Assembly: GCA_050331415.1 (NCBI GenBank)
Contig: JBHJGW010000106.1
Span: 1 to 47,840, forward strand
Length of the DNA: 47,840 nt
Source of the DNA: Opitutales bacterium
GTDB taxonomy: Bacteria > Verrucomicrobiota > Verrucomicrobiia > Opitutales > Cerasicoccaceae
Direction: 5' to 3'
The notes beneath the pieces were generated by a model. It was not told the origin of the DNA. It searched no databases and saw only the letters and a program-made list of their open reading frames with translations. The translations under genes and the position numbers were made by a program. This document shows positions 1 through 9,136 of the stretch, piece by piece; position 1 is the first letter of the stretch, and the number at the start of each line of letters is the position of its first letter.

Positions 1-102
1 GTATACTCTATGGCCATCGCGTGAGCGCAAAGCCCAACGGGGATGAGACATGCTCCAAAACGAATGTCTTTCATTACCTCGATTAAATGCAGATGAATTG
101 CG

Positions 103-1716
103 TTATTCCAAGCCAAATCGGACAAAGCTGATCTCCGCGCCGGTTACAGGAAGCACCAATTTCCGGCGCATGACCCGTCCAAGGGCATTCCCCTGGTCCG
201 CTCCGAGCTCATTCAGCTGCAGCGGATTCCCCTCTTCCCGAGCGGTGCCTTTCTGGAATGTACCCAATTCTGTCCCGAGGAACGCGCTAAGCTCCAGTGC
301 CGTGGCAAAGTCGTCCTTGTAAGTATCTCGCAAATACGCAAGCTCCCACTGGCCATTAGAGTCTTGTTCCGGCCGGGGGAGACGCCAGGCATCTCGCACG
401 CCAGGGTCGAAGCCGTGCCAAAAAAGCTGATACTCGACGCCATTGGGGACGCCGTCATTGTCGCCGTCGGCCATCGGGTCGCTCAGATGGTCCTCGACCA
501 AGCCATGAGTCCGCTCAAAACTGCCGGCCCATGCCTCGTACCCGTAGTCAAAGCCCATTCCGACAAGCACCGTCAGGGCAAACGGCTCGCCCTCAATCAA
601 AGCACCATCCTCGATGTCCTCCGCGCTCGGACTGATTTGCACGCGGTAAATTCCGGCCTCATCGAAAGCAAGGAAGGTTACCTCGGCAGTCTCCGCTATG
701 ATATCAACATTCCCCGGCCCGACAATTTCAGCGACCCGCAACACGGGGCGGGTCAACTCAGGAGGAAGTCCGTTTGCCCTCTCTGCACTGTAACCTACCC
801 GCTCAGAGGCGGGTGCCGGACCAGCGGTGGGTTTCAGCCGGACCGCGTGGACATACGATTGGCCGCCCTCGGAGATCGTGCCGGCGGTTACCCCTGCCCG
901 CTCAACGGTGAAAGCGACGCCCGACTCCCCCCAGATAAGGGCAGGCTCGCGGTCGCGCGCGATGCCAGGCGCGACGGTAACCTCGCTGCCAAGGTCAGCG
1001 GGATAGGGAACCACGAAGTGAAACGTGGCTTCACTATCGGTCAGCGTACCTCCCTGGCTCGGCATCAGTTTACTCAGGGCTCTCAGAGTTACACAATACT
1101 CCCCGGGCCGGGTCATACCCCAATTGTAATGCTCGTGCTGGGCTATGGGCACGGGCTCGAGGCGGTTGGTCACCCCGGGCGCCGAGAAGGTTGCGAAGTG
1201 GACCTGCGGCGTGCCAAAAGAGCTGTTGGTCCACATTGCAAACTCGCCTCCAGCGTCGGGGCCAGAGCCAGTCACCGACTCAAGCTCCAGCGCAATGTTT
1301 CCCGGGCTCCCGTCAAACGCGAAAAACGTCCCACCGACTGAAGTCTGAAAAATCCCAGGATCAGCGATGGTGCGCAGGCCCAGCCAAAGCGCTCCGTCCT
1401 TCCGGTTTCGCGGCAATCGCCACAGCGCCCCCGAGGGAAAGCCAGCGTTCCGCAATTCCGAGGTAGCGGTTTCCTGCGTCGGCGGTGTGGCAATCAACCG
1501 TGTGTTGGCTGGATCGAGCCGCGTCAGCCCTTCCCGGTCCACAAAGTCGGAATCCTCATCGTAAGAAATAGAGAATTCCCAGCCCTCATCCGGGTCCTCC
1601 GAGCCCGCGGTGTAATCGATGTGCACCTCGAAATGGCCCAGGAGCAGGTCGAGCGGCTGAGCGCTCGCAACCGAAACAGCCAGAAAACCAAGGCAAAGAC
1701 AGGTCCATGCTTGCAT
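103..1716 (-). CDS. Secreted protein (537 aa) with N-terminal domain resembling the TIGR03769 / choice-of-anchor-M surface domain associated with metal ABC transporters; C-terminal DGDNDG calcium-binding-like motif
   Basis: Long ORF with cleavable signal peptide MQAWTCLCLGFLAVSVASA. From memory only (not searched), these motifs match the actinobacterial TIGR03769 domain: GHFEVHIDY, GPDAGGEFAMWTNSSFGTPQVHF, HEHYNWGMTRPGEYCVTL. Divergent from a TonB-dependent receptor. Confidence 0.7.
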   Translation of the reverse strand: MQAWTCLCLGFLAVSVASAQPLDLLLGHFEVHIDYTAGSEDPDEGWEFSISYDEDSDFVDREGLTRLDPANTRLIATPPTQETATSELRNAGFPSGALWRLPRNRKDGALWLGLRTIADPGIFQTSVGGTFFAFDGSPGNIALELESVTGSGPDAGGEFAMWTNSSFGTPQVHFATFSAPGVTNRLEPVPIAQHEHYNWGMTRPGEYCVTLRALSKLMPSQGGTLTDSEATFHFVVPYPADLGSEVTVAPGIARDREPALIWGESGVAFTVERAGVTAGTISEGGQSYVHAVRLKPTAGPAPASERVGYSAERANGLPPELTRPVLRVAEIVGPGNVDIIAETAEVTFLAFDEAGIYRVQISPSAEDIEDGALIEGEPFALTVLVGMGFDYGYEAWAGSFERTHGLVEDHLSDPMADGDNDGVPNGVEYQLFWHGFDPGVRDAWRLPRPEQDSNGQWELAYLRDTYKDDFATALELSAFLGTELGTFQKGTAREEGNPLQLNELGADQGNALGRVMRRKLVLPVTGAEISFVRFGLE

Positions 1717-1758
1717 CCCGTTCAGCTTTTCTTTTTGCCATCTTTTTGCAATAAAAGA

Positions 1759-3972
1759 ATGCTTGTGCCGTCCCGTTTGAACGCCCTAGCCGCCCTTAGT
1801 GCCACCTTGGCGAGCATCTGTGTTGCCCAGCAGGCACTGCCAAACCTTTCTAATCATAGTGATTCCACACCTCAAGCGACACTTGAAGATGTCGTTATGG
1901 AGGCCGCACCGTTCGCGCTGAGTGATGAGTATGCGATTGTGGCCGTCGACATTGTTAATGAAACCGAACTGCAACGGCTGGCTGCAGCCAGCCTTGGCGA
2001 AACCCTGGGATGGCAGGCGGGGGTCAGCTCCAGTTATTTCGGCCCGGCAGCCAGCCGCCCCGTGATCCGAGGCCTTGAAGGCGTCCGCTTGCGTACGCTG
2101 CAAGATGGCATCGGCACGCTGGACGTGAGCGATGTCAGCCCCGATCACGGCGTGGCGCTCGAGCCGCTGCTCGTGCAAAAGATCGACATTCACCGCGGCC
2201 CGAGCGCCCTGCTTTTCGGTAATGCGGCGATTGGCGGGGCGGTAAACGCCCAATCGCGCCTCTTGCTTGAAGAGCCTCCCAAAGCCGTTTGGACCGGGGA
2301 AATCGAGACCGCCTACGACACGGCGAGCGAGGGCCGTCACCTGGCGGGGTATGGGCACCTGTCTTTGCCACTCGATGTGACCTTGACCTTTGCTGGAGCC
2401 ACACGCGAGAGCGAGGACTACGAAATCCCCGGCCGCGCCCGCACCGAGCTTTACCAGAGGAGTTTCGATGACGAGCTACCGCCTTTGGTCCGCGATCCAG
2501 AAACAAACCAACTTGTGCCGATTCCGAATCCGGAAGGCGAGCTCCCCAACAGTTTTCACCAGGGAAGCACAGCCAGCGGCGCCGTGAACTGGCTGCCGAC
2601 CGACCACCGCTTGCGGGCCGGTTTCGCGTTCACCAGCCATCACTCGACCTACGGCATCCCGTACCAGTACTCCGGCGGCCCCAACGACCCGTTTGGCTTC
2701 GACTCTCTGGAACTCCAACAGACCCGCTATGATACGGAGATGGCTGTCGAACCAGGTGCCCCCTGGTTGCGTGAAATCCGCTTCCGGCTCGGCTACGCTG
2801 ACTACAAACACCAGGAACGTTTCGACGGTCAGGGCCCAAACGCGGATCTGGACTTTTCTAACACCGAGTTCGAACAGCTCGCCCTCGAAGCGCGGGTGGA
2901 TCTCTACCACGAACCTTTTTCCTGGTGGCGGGGCGTGGCGGGAGTCAATGGACGCCGGCGAGACCTCGAAACGAGCCGCTTGGTTTTCCCGCCCAACGAG
3001 AGTACGCGGGTTTTCGCACCGTTCGCCACGAAGAACCTCGGCTTCTATATCGTGGAGACGCTGACCGTTGGCGGCTTCACCCTGCAGGGAGGGGCTCGCT
3101 ATGAGACACAGACCATCCTCAATGAAGCGATCGAGGAGCCAGCTTCGTACCAAAACACCGGCGGTGAGAGCTACAGCGCCGCCGCCAGTCTCACCTGGCG
3201 CCGCTATGCGGTTGGCCCATTGGATGAGCTGGCGGTCACACCGGCGATTTCCTACTCCGAGCGCCTGCCCACGGCGATCGAGCGTTTCGCATTCTGGCCA
3301 AACGCCGCCATTCAACGCTTCCTCATCGGCGGGGATTTTGTTGAAGATCCCGCTGACCGCCTGACAAATGAAAGCGCCGTTGGCCTCGAGATCGGGATCG
3401 AAGCACGGCGCAACCCTCTGGCACTGCGGATCAACGGCTTCCGATACGACTACGACAACTTCATATTCATTCAGGATCTGCGCGGCATCGGCAACCTCGC
3501 TCAATTCGTCGGGCGGGAGGCCTCCTTTTACGGATTCGAGGGAGAGCTCAGCTGGCTGCTGCAGCCGACGGGCGGCAGCACACTGACCTTAACTGCAATG
3601 AGCGATTTCGTGCGCGGAAACAACGATACCTCCGACCAGCCCTTGCCCCGAATCCCGCCGCTGCGGGCGGGAGTGCGCGCGGAATACGCCCAGGGCCCGC
3701 TCAGTTTTGGACTCGAGCTGCGCCACGCCTTCGCTCAGGACCGGTTACAACCCGGCGACGCTGTCGTTCGGCAGGAATTGCCGACCGACAGCTACACTGA
3801 AATCAATTTCGATGCCAGCTACGACTTTGCCTTAGGCCCCACTTCTCTGACAGCTTTTGTGCAGGCAAAAAACCTCCTCGACGCCGAACGGCGCATCCAT
3901 ACCTCGTTTCTGAAGGATGTCGCTCCCCTGCCCGGCCGCAGCTTTGACCTTGGCTTGCGCTGGTCGTTCTAA
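1759..3972 (+). CDS. TonB-dependent outer membrane receptor (possibly a ZnuD-like metal receptor)
   Basis: Start reassigned from the track (1621) to the ATG at 1759, which gives signal peptide MLVPSRLNALAALSATLASICVAQQ. Plug and barrel motifs present. Terminal aromatic ...LGLRWSF typical of TBDRs. The metal-receptor guess rests on the adjacent Fur-family regulator. Confidence 0.9.
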   Translation: MLVPSRLNALAALSATLASICVAQQALPNLSNHSDSTPQATLEDVVMEAAPFALSDEYAIVAVDIVNETELQRLAAASLGETLGWQAGVSSSYFGPAASRPVIRGLEGVRLRTLQDGIGTLDVSDVSPDHGVALEPLLVQKIDIHRGPSALLFGNAAIGGAVNAQSRLLLEEPPKAVWTGEIETAYDTASEGRHLAGYGHLSLPLDVTLTFAGATRESEDYEIPGRARTELYQRSFDDELPPLVRDPETNQLVPIPNPEGELPNSFHQGSTASGAVNWLPTDHRLRAGFAFTSHHSTYGIPYQYSGGPNDPFGFDSLELQQTRYDTEMAVEPGAPWLREIRFRLGYADYKHQERFDGQGPNADLDFSNTEFEQLALEARVDLYHEPFSWWRGVAGVNGRRRDLETSRLVFPPNESTRVFAPFATKNLGFYIVETLTVGGFTLQGGARYETQTILNEAIEEPASYQNTGGESYSAAASLTWRRYAVGPLDELAVTPAISYSERLPTAIERFAFWPNAAIQRFLIGGDFVEDPADRLTNESAVGLEIGIEARRNPLALRINGFRYDYDNFIFIQDLRGIGNLAQFVGREASFYGFEGELSWLLQPTGGSTLTLTAMSDFVRGNNDTSDQPLPRIPPLRAGVRAEYAQGPLSFGLELRHAFAQDRLQPGDAVVRQELPTDSYTEINFDASYDFALGPTSLTAFVQAKNLLDAERRIHTSFLKDVAPLPGRSFDLGLRWSF

Positions 3973-4008
3973 CCCTGGCGTCGAGCCGAATGGCCCTCGA
4001 TTTCCAGG

Positions 4009-4428
4009 TCAATTTTCCGCTCCGGCACAGTCGGCGCACAGGCCAAAGACCTCGATGGTGTGGCTGAGCTGAGTAAAGCCGAGGCTGCGGGCGTATTTCT
4101 CGAGTTCGGCGCCAAAGCACAGGTCGAGCCGCACGACGCCGTGGCAGCTGCGACAAATGATATGGTGATGGTGGTCGTTCTCGCTTTCCTGCAATTCGAA
4201 GAGCTGCTTGCCGGTTTCGAGCTGGATCGTCTGGATTAGCCCGAGCTCACCGAAGATCGCCAGATTCCGGTAGACCGTCACCAAATCAATCGCGGAGGTG
4301 CCGGCAGCTGCCAGAATTTCCTCAGCCGACAGTGGACGTTCAGCCCCCTGAAGGATTTTCATTAATTGGCGCCGCGGCTGCGTCATCCGGTACCCGGCAT
4401 CGCGCAGGCGTTCGGGCAGAGTTTCCAT
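4009..4428 (-). CDS. Fur-family metalloregulator (Fur or Zur)
   Basis: 139 aa. N-terminal winged helix (MTQPRRQLMKIL). HHHHIIC metal-site motif. Two CxxC pairs (CRSC...CADC) forming the structural Zn site. Convergent with the TBDR. Confidence 0.85.
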   Translation of the reverse strand: METLPERLRDAGYRMTQPRRQLMKILQGAERPLSAEEILAAAGTSAIDLVTVYRNLAIFGELGLIQTIQLETGKQLFELQESENDHHHHIICRSCHGVVRLDLCFGAELEKYARSLGFTQLSHTIEVFGLCADCAGAEN

Positions 4429-4567
4429 GGGCTGCGGATTGTCGGGTTTCTGCCACCAAAGGGGAAGCCAAAAGCTTGCGAAAAAACAGCGCCGATCAAG
4501 GAAGCGTTAAAACCTTCCATCGACGCCGCTATCCCTGCCAGCGCAATCGGCCCGTATGTCGGGCGTG

Positions 4568-5377
4568 CTACCGGTCTTCGACGCGCACGTTGTAGGCCTC
4601 TTCGGCGAGCTCACCGGTTCGAATGTCCAATTCCTTCTCGTTGGAAGGGCCTACAGCGAGGTAGGCAAAGTCGCCTTTGATTAGGAACCAGCTGAACTGT
4701 TGCGCTTGGGCCATCGTGACCGCTGCGACGGGCGGGCTCCAATAGCCGTCGATGTTGCCCCACCAGGTGACCTCCGGGCCGGAGGTCCCGCAGGCGCTCA
4801 TTGGCGTAGACGGCTCACCGCCGACATCCAGGCCGTTGAAGGCGCGGGCGTCATCGCCTCCATGCGCCCAGACCCATGGCAGTCGAATGCCGAGGCCGTG
4901 GTAATTGATCTTGCGCCCATCAGGGATCGGCAGGCTCCACTCACTTTTTACGAGCCGGTGCTCGCGGAGGCTCTCGCGGTGCGTACGCCATTGCCAGACG
5001 AAGGCAGTGCCGTCGCACACGCAGGTGATTTCGCGCTGCTCGCGGTAAGTGTGGAGGCCACCGCCCTCCTCGCGCCAGAGCAATTCCTGCCGGATGCCAC
5101 CGTCGACAGCGTCGGTTCGGATAACCTCCTGCACGCCGCAGCCACCACTGCCCGGGCCTTCTTCCCACCAGTTGACGTCGGCCGCCCGCAGCCCGTACAT
5201 CAGGCCTTTGTGGTGCCGGTGGTCGCCCGGGCTCACCACAGTTACGCTGTGCCCCGCCGGGGTGTTCAGTTGCCGGAGGTATGGCTTGAAGGGATCGTCG
5301 AGCACGTACTCGCCAGCAAAAACCGCCCCGGAGAGGAAGCGCACGCAGCTTCGGTCGATTTTTACTTGTACCTTCAT
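4568..5377 (-). CDS. Hypothetical protein, possibly a PmoA-like (DUF6807-type) family member
   Basis: ORF with codon-biased composition. Start set at MKVQVKIDRS (ATG at 5377) rather than the upstream extension. Family assignment is a recollection, not verified. Confidence 0.55.
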   Translation of the reverse strand: MKVQVKIDRSCVRFLSGAVFAGEYVLDDPFKPYLRQLNTPAGHSVTVVSPGDHRHHKGLMYGLRAADVNWWEEGPGSGGCGVQEVIRTDAVDGGIRQELLWREEGGGLHTYREQREITCVCDGTAFVWQWRTHRESLREHRLVKSEWSLPIPDGRKINYHGLGIRLPWVWAHGGDDARAFNGLDVGGEPSTPMSACGTSGPEVTWWGNIDGYWSPPVAAVTMAQAQQFSWFLIKGDFAYLAVGPSNEKELDIRTGELAEEAYNVRVEDR

Positions 5378-5390
5378 GATGACTCGAAGC

Positions 5391-6074
5391 TTACGGCGCT
5401 GGAATCCGCAGGCTTTCGCCATTCTGCTTGCGGCTGAGCCCCAGCAGGAAGGGGGCCGCACGGCTGGCCCACTGCTCTGGAGTCTGCTGCTCGCCAGCAT
5501 CTTCCCAAATCGTCTGGAGCATGGGGGTGTTGATGACGCCCGGCGCGAGCGGGATCGCGGCCAGCGGGTCCGGAAGCTCTTCGGCGAGTGATTTGGCGAG
5601 GCCTTCGATGGCCCATTTCGAGGCGCAGTAGCCGCACATTCCGAGGATGCCCCGGCGCCCTGCCCCCGAGCTCATCAGGACGATCACTCCGCGCCCCGCG
5701 GCCGTCATCCGCGGCACGAAGGCTCGGGCAACATCGAAAGCCCCGTTGACGTTGACACGAATCGTGGCCTCCAATTCCTCTCTGCCGATTTCCGCTAGCG
5801 GCGCTTTTCGGTGGATTACGGCGGCGTTGTGCACCAGAAAATCGACCGGCGCCAAAGCGATGCATTCGTCGGCCCAAGCGGACATCGCCTCGGCATCGAG
5901 GATGTCGGCCTGCCGAAAACGATACCGCTCATTCGAGGCTTCGCCAGCGAGGGGATCCCCGCGACGGGCACAGCCCGATACCCGATGGCCGAGCCCGAGA
6001 AGTTCGCGGGTCAGTGCGAGCCCCAAGCCGCTGGAAATTCCAGTAATAGCAAAATGTTTCGATGAATCGCTCAT
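5391..6074 (-). CDS. Short-chain dehydrogenase/reductase (SDR) family oxidoreductase
   Basis: N-terminal Rossmann motif ITGISSGLGLAL. Catalytic S..YCASK signature (MSSGAGRRGILGMCGYCASK). Start at MSDSSKHF (6074). Confidence 0.8.
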   Translation of the reverse strand: MSDSSKHFAITGISSGLGLALTRELLGLGHRVSGCARRGDPLAGEASNERYRFRQADILDAEAMSAWADECIALAPVDFLVHNAAVIHRKAPLAEIGREELEATIRVNVNGAFDVARAFVPRMTAAGRGVIVLMSSGAGRRGILGMCGYCASKWAIEGLAKSLAEELPDPLAAIPLAPGVINTPMLQTIWEDAGEQQTPEQWASRAAPFLLGLSRKQNGESLRIPAP

Positions 6075-6197
6075 GAGCCAGACCTTTGCTTCCGCCGGAG
6101 CGCGATGCAAGTGCGGGCCGCTTCCGGCGACGCGGCCAGCCGCGCAGGTTAGGCTTTGCGCCGCGCCAATTGCTGTTATTGTTTCCAATTCGGCCCG

Positions 6198-7298
6198 ATG
6201 ACTCCCGCTTCCCCAACGTCCGATGCCCGTATCCTACCCGCTCCTGTCGTTTCGGGGCAGGCTCCGTCGGCGCTGGCGCCAATGCAGGATGTGACGACGC
6301 TGCCATTTATGCGGCTGATCGCCCGCTACGGGCCTCCGGACTGGTTTTTTACCGAATACTTTCGCGTGCACGTGCACTCTCGGCTGGAGCCGCACATCCT
6401 GGCCTCGATTACCGAGAACCCTTCCGACCGACCTGTTTTCGCGCAGTTGATCGGGGAAGATCTGCACCATTTACGGCGTACCGTGGATGAGTTGCAGGCT
6501 TTTCCCATCGCCGGGATTGACCTCAATCTCGGTTGTCCAGCACCCAAGGTTTACAAGAAAAACGTCGGCGGTGGCCTGCTGCGCGACCCCGACCGCATCG
6601 ACGCAATCCTCGGGATGCTGCGCACCGCCGTCCGCGGCCGACTGACGGTGAAAATGCGGGTGGGCTTCGACGGATGGGAGCACCTCGACCGGCTCGTCGA
6701 AGTCGTCAACGCGCACGACGTGCAGCTGCTGAGCCTGCACGGGCGTACCGTCAAGGAGATGTATCGGGCGCCGGTGCATTACGATTTGATCGCCCGCACC
6801 GTCTCGCGTTGTCACTGTCCGGTGTTGGCCAACGGTGAGATCTCCAGCGTCGAAAAGGCCCAGTGGGTGCTTGAGAAGACAGGCGCACACGGGGTCATGA
6901 TGGGCCGTCACGCCATCCGCAACCCTTGGCTTTTCCGCCAGTGGCGAGAGTTCCAGAACGGCAAAACGGTCTTTGAACCTACCCTTGGCGACGTGCGCCA
7001 GTATATCGACGACCTTTGGGGCACTCTGCTCGATCCGGTGAAACCGAAAAAATACCAACTCGGATATCTGAAGAAATTCCTCAATTTCGTTGGCCAGAGC
7101 GTTGACCCTGACGGCGGCTTTCTGAAGGCCATGCGCCACAGCCGGGAGCCCGATGACCTTTGGCGCGTCGCCGATGCCTGGTTGGTCGAGGAAGGTCGCG
7201 CCGAGCAGCCCTTCCCGAGCGAACCCTATGTAGGCGTCATCGCCCGCCCCTCTCGCGAAGCCCCGGTTCCAGAAACCTGCTCGGAGGTCTGCGCCTGA
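6198..7298 (+). CDS. tRNA-dihydrouridine synthase (Dus family)
   Basis: TIM-barrel Dus motifs: LAPMQDVTTLPFM, GIDLNLGCPAPKV (catalytic Cys), MRVGFD, LSLHGRT. Start taken at MTPASP (6198). Confidence 0.8.
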   Translation: MTPASPTSDARILPAPVVSGQAPSALAPMQDVTTLPFMRLIARYGPPDWFFTEYFRVHVHSRLEPHILASITENPSDRPVFAQLIGEDLHHLRRTVDELQAFPIAGIDLNLGCPAPKVYKKNVGGGLLRDPDRIDAILGMLRTAVRGRLTVKMRVGFDGWEHLDRLVEVVNAHDVQLLSLHGRTVKEMYRAPVHYDLIARTVSRCHCPVLANGEISSVEKAQWVLEKTGAHGVMMGRHAIRNPWLFRQWREFQNGKTVFEPTLGDVRQYIDDLWGTLLDPVKPKKYQLGYLKKFLNFVGQSVDPDGGFLKAMRHSREPDDLWRVADAWLVEEGRAEQPFPSEPYVGVIARPSREAPVPETCSEVCA

Positions 7299-7919
7299 AC
7301 GTCCTCGGGGCTACGTGTCGCTCCCACGCAATGACGGACTTCAAGTTGCCGTGGGCCCGGTAGCTTATGCCAGTCCGCTCGGATGGATAACGAATTCGTC
7401 GGCTTGAGCGAAGGGTAAGCGCAATACTGATGGCGCGGCACCCGTTCGTTTTCGGGACTCTTTGGTGCTTCGTATCGCGTGCTATACGCGCCCCCGCACG
7501 CCGCCAGCGGACCTGATCGTCGTTCCAGAGAGGACATGAAGGGCTCTTTCAATGCCGCTCCAGGAGCGGAGCAAGAGCCGATTCCAGTGCTTGGACAGCC
7601 AATTTCCTCTCGCCCGCATATTGGTCAATACAGATCAATTACGGGAATTCTATTAGCCCGTAGGGGCGCCCACCTGAGTGTCCCCATGCGATTCCCGCAA
7701 TGCCGCAACTCTTTACATTCAAAATTTCTCTTTCATTTCGTTCCCCTTGACGGCCAATTACGCGCGACTATGGCCTTCGATAAGCCCTGGACTTTTCTCC
7801 ACTTCGGCACCCATCGACCTAAAAGATCCAACTATCGCACGGCCATGACTGACATCGACTCTCGACGAACCCGCACTAAAGCCTCAGACAACTCGGCCTT
7901 GCGCCCGCCTTACCGGGCT

Positions 7920-8864
7920 ATGGCCACCGCACCCATAGGAAACCGGTTTCGGCAACGCGATAAAGCAGGGGCTAGATCCTCTGTAAGGACTTCTCCACGA
8001 CAGCGTCCGCGACTCTGGTTTTCCGCCCCGGTGGGTTATGCCGACTTCTTTATTGGCGTTATTTTGCCGTTCGCCTTACTCGGGTGCGCAACGCTGTTGG
8101 TTTGGAAGAATCGCGATGCGCTTGCCTCGCTACTGAATGCTTCTCATCCCCCACCGGCAACGGCCAGCGTCGCGCCGACTACGGGCTTTGTCGCTGTTGC
8201 GGAGGGGCAACGCCAATCACGTCTTCAGGAGATCCGCCAGCAGTTCCTCGATCAGAACGGCGGATTCGCAGCCTTGAGCAGCCTCACGTTCTCGCGGATT
8301 GAAGGCCGCGTAAAAAGTGAGGAACTCGACGCCACCTTCGTCCTCGAACGCAGCCGGGACGGACGATTCAAAATGAGGCTCCACGAGGGAATGGCGGTCA
8401 CGACCCTGCAGCACGACGGCGAACGCTACCTGTTGCGGACCGAGACGGACTACACGTACCAGGCTCGTGAGGTCACTGCAGCGCAGGTCCCGTCCTTTCT
8501 GCCGGAAGGCTTTCTTCTAAACCCCGCTGCAGATTACCTGGCCCTGGCCGACCCGGAGAATATCGAAGTTCTTTACGAAAAAACCGACGGCACGTTAAAG
8601 CTGGTGGCCGGTCGCGGCGACTACCGCCAAACTTTCCTCGTTGAAGCTGCCGAAGGTATCACACAAGCCTACTCAATGGTAGCTCCGGGCGAACCGAGAA
8701 TTGACGTTTCCTATCATGACTACACACGTACGGGATCCCTTCACGTGCCGGAAACGATTCGAAAGTTCGAGGACGGCAAGCTCGTATGCGAAATCACTTT
8801 AAGGACCATCGCATTCGCCTCGGAGGTACCCGATTCCGAAAAGCGCTTTTTCGCAATGCACTAA
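7920..8864 (+). CDS. Hypothetical membrane-anchored protein (one TM segment, then a large soluble domain); start uncertain
   Basis: Track ORF 7479-8864. The only hydrophobic segment (FFIGVILPFALLGCATLLVW) is preceded by MATAPIG (ATG 7920). The upstream 440 bp of the ORF looks non-coding. Confidence 0.5.
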   Translation: MATAPIGNRFRQRDKAGARSSVRTSPRQRPRLWFSAPVGYADFFIGVILPFALLGCATLLVWKNRDALASLLNASHPPPATASVAPTTGFVAVAEGQRQSRLQEIRQQFLDQNGGFAALSSLTFSRIEGRVKSEELDATFVLERSRDGRFKMRLHEGMAVTTLQHDGERYLLRTETDYTYQAREVTAAQVPSFLPEGFLLNPAADYLALADPENIEVLYEKTDGTLKLVAGRGDYRQTFLVEAAEGITQAYSMVAPGEPRIDVSYHDYTRTGSLHVPETIRKFEDGKLVCEITLRTIAFASEVPDSEKRFFAMH

Positions 8865-9136
8865 CTGAAGCCCCTGCCCGTGAGCAATCAGACAGGGTTA
8901 AGCAGCTATTCTGTGCTTGTATGACCCGCCAATATCCCTCAGGCCAAGGAAGCCCGTACAGTTCCAACAGCACCTTATGTTTGGGCGCCTCAAAGCTTAG
9001 CGAGTCGTTGAGGGCCTTTGGGGCTGATGCGTTCCAGGCGGCTACGTTCATCCAGCGCGCGTGTTTCAGAGCGTCGGAAACCTATCCGCCTAGCCTGAAA
9101 TGGAGCTATTTTCTAGGATAGAATCTGCTGGGGCCA

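Noticed and set aside
364-1341. 325-aa plus-strand ORF inside the TIGR03769-like gene
   Set aside because: Opposite strand of an ORF with signal peptide and family motifs; typical high-GC antisense ORF.
2476-3504. 342-aa minus-strand ORF inside the TonB-dependent receptor gene
   Set aside because: Antisense to the TBDR; no features.
4700-7139. Plus/minus ORFs antisense to the PmoA-like, SDR and Dus genes (4700-5437, 5647-6201, 6471-7139)
   Set aside because: Each overlaps a gene with clear family motifs on the other strand.
7299-7919. Possible tmRNA / RNase P / tRNA in the long intergenic stretch
   Set aside because: No tRNA T-loop (GGTTCGAATCC-like), no tmRNA tag-reading-frame ending in ...AA-stop, no RNase P conserved boxes found by eye.
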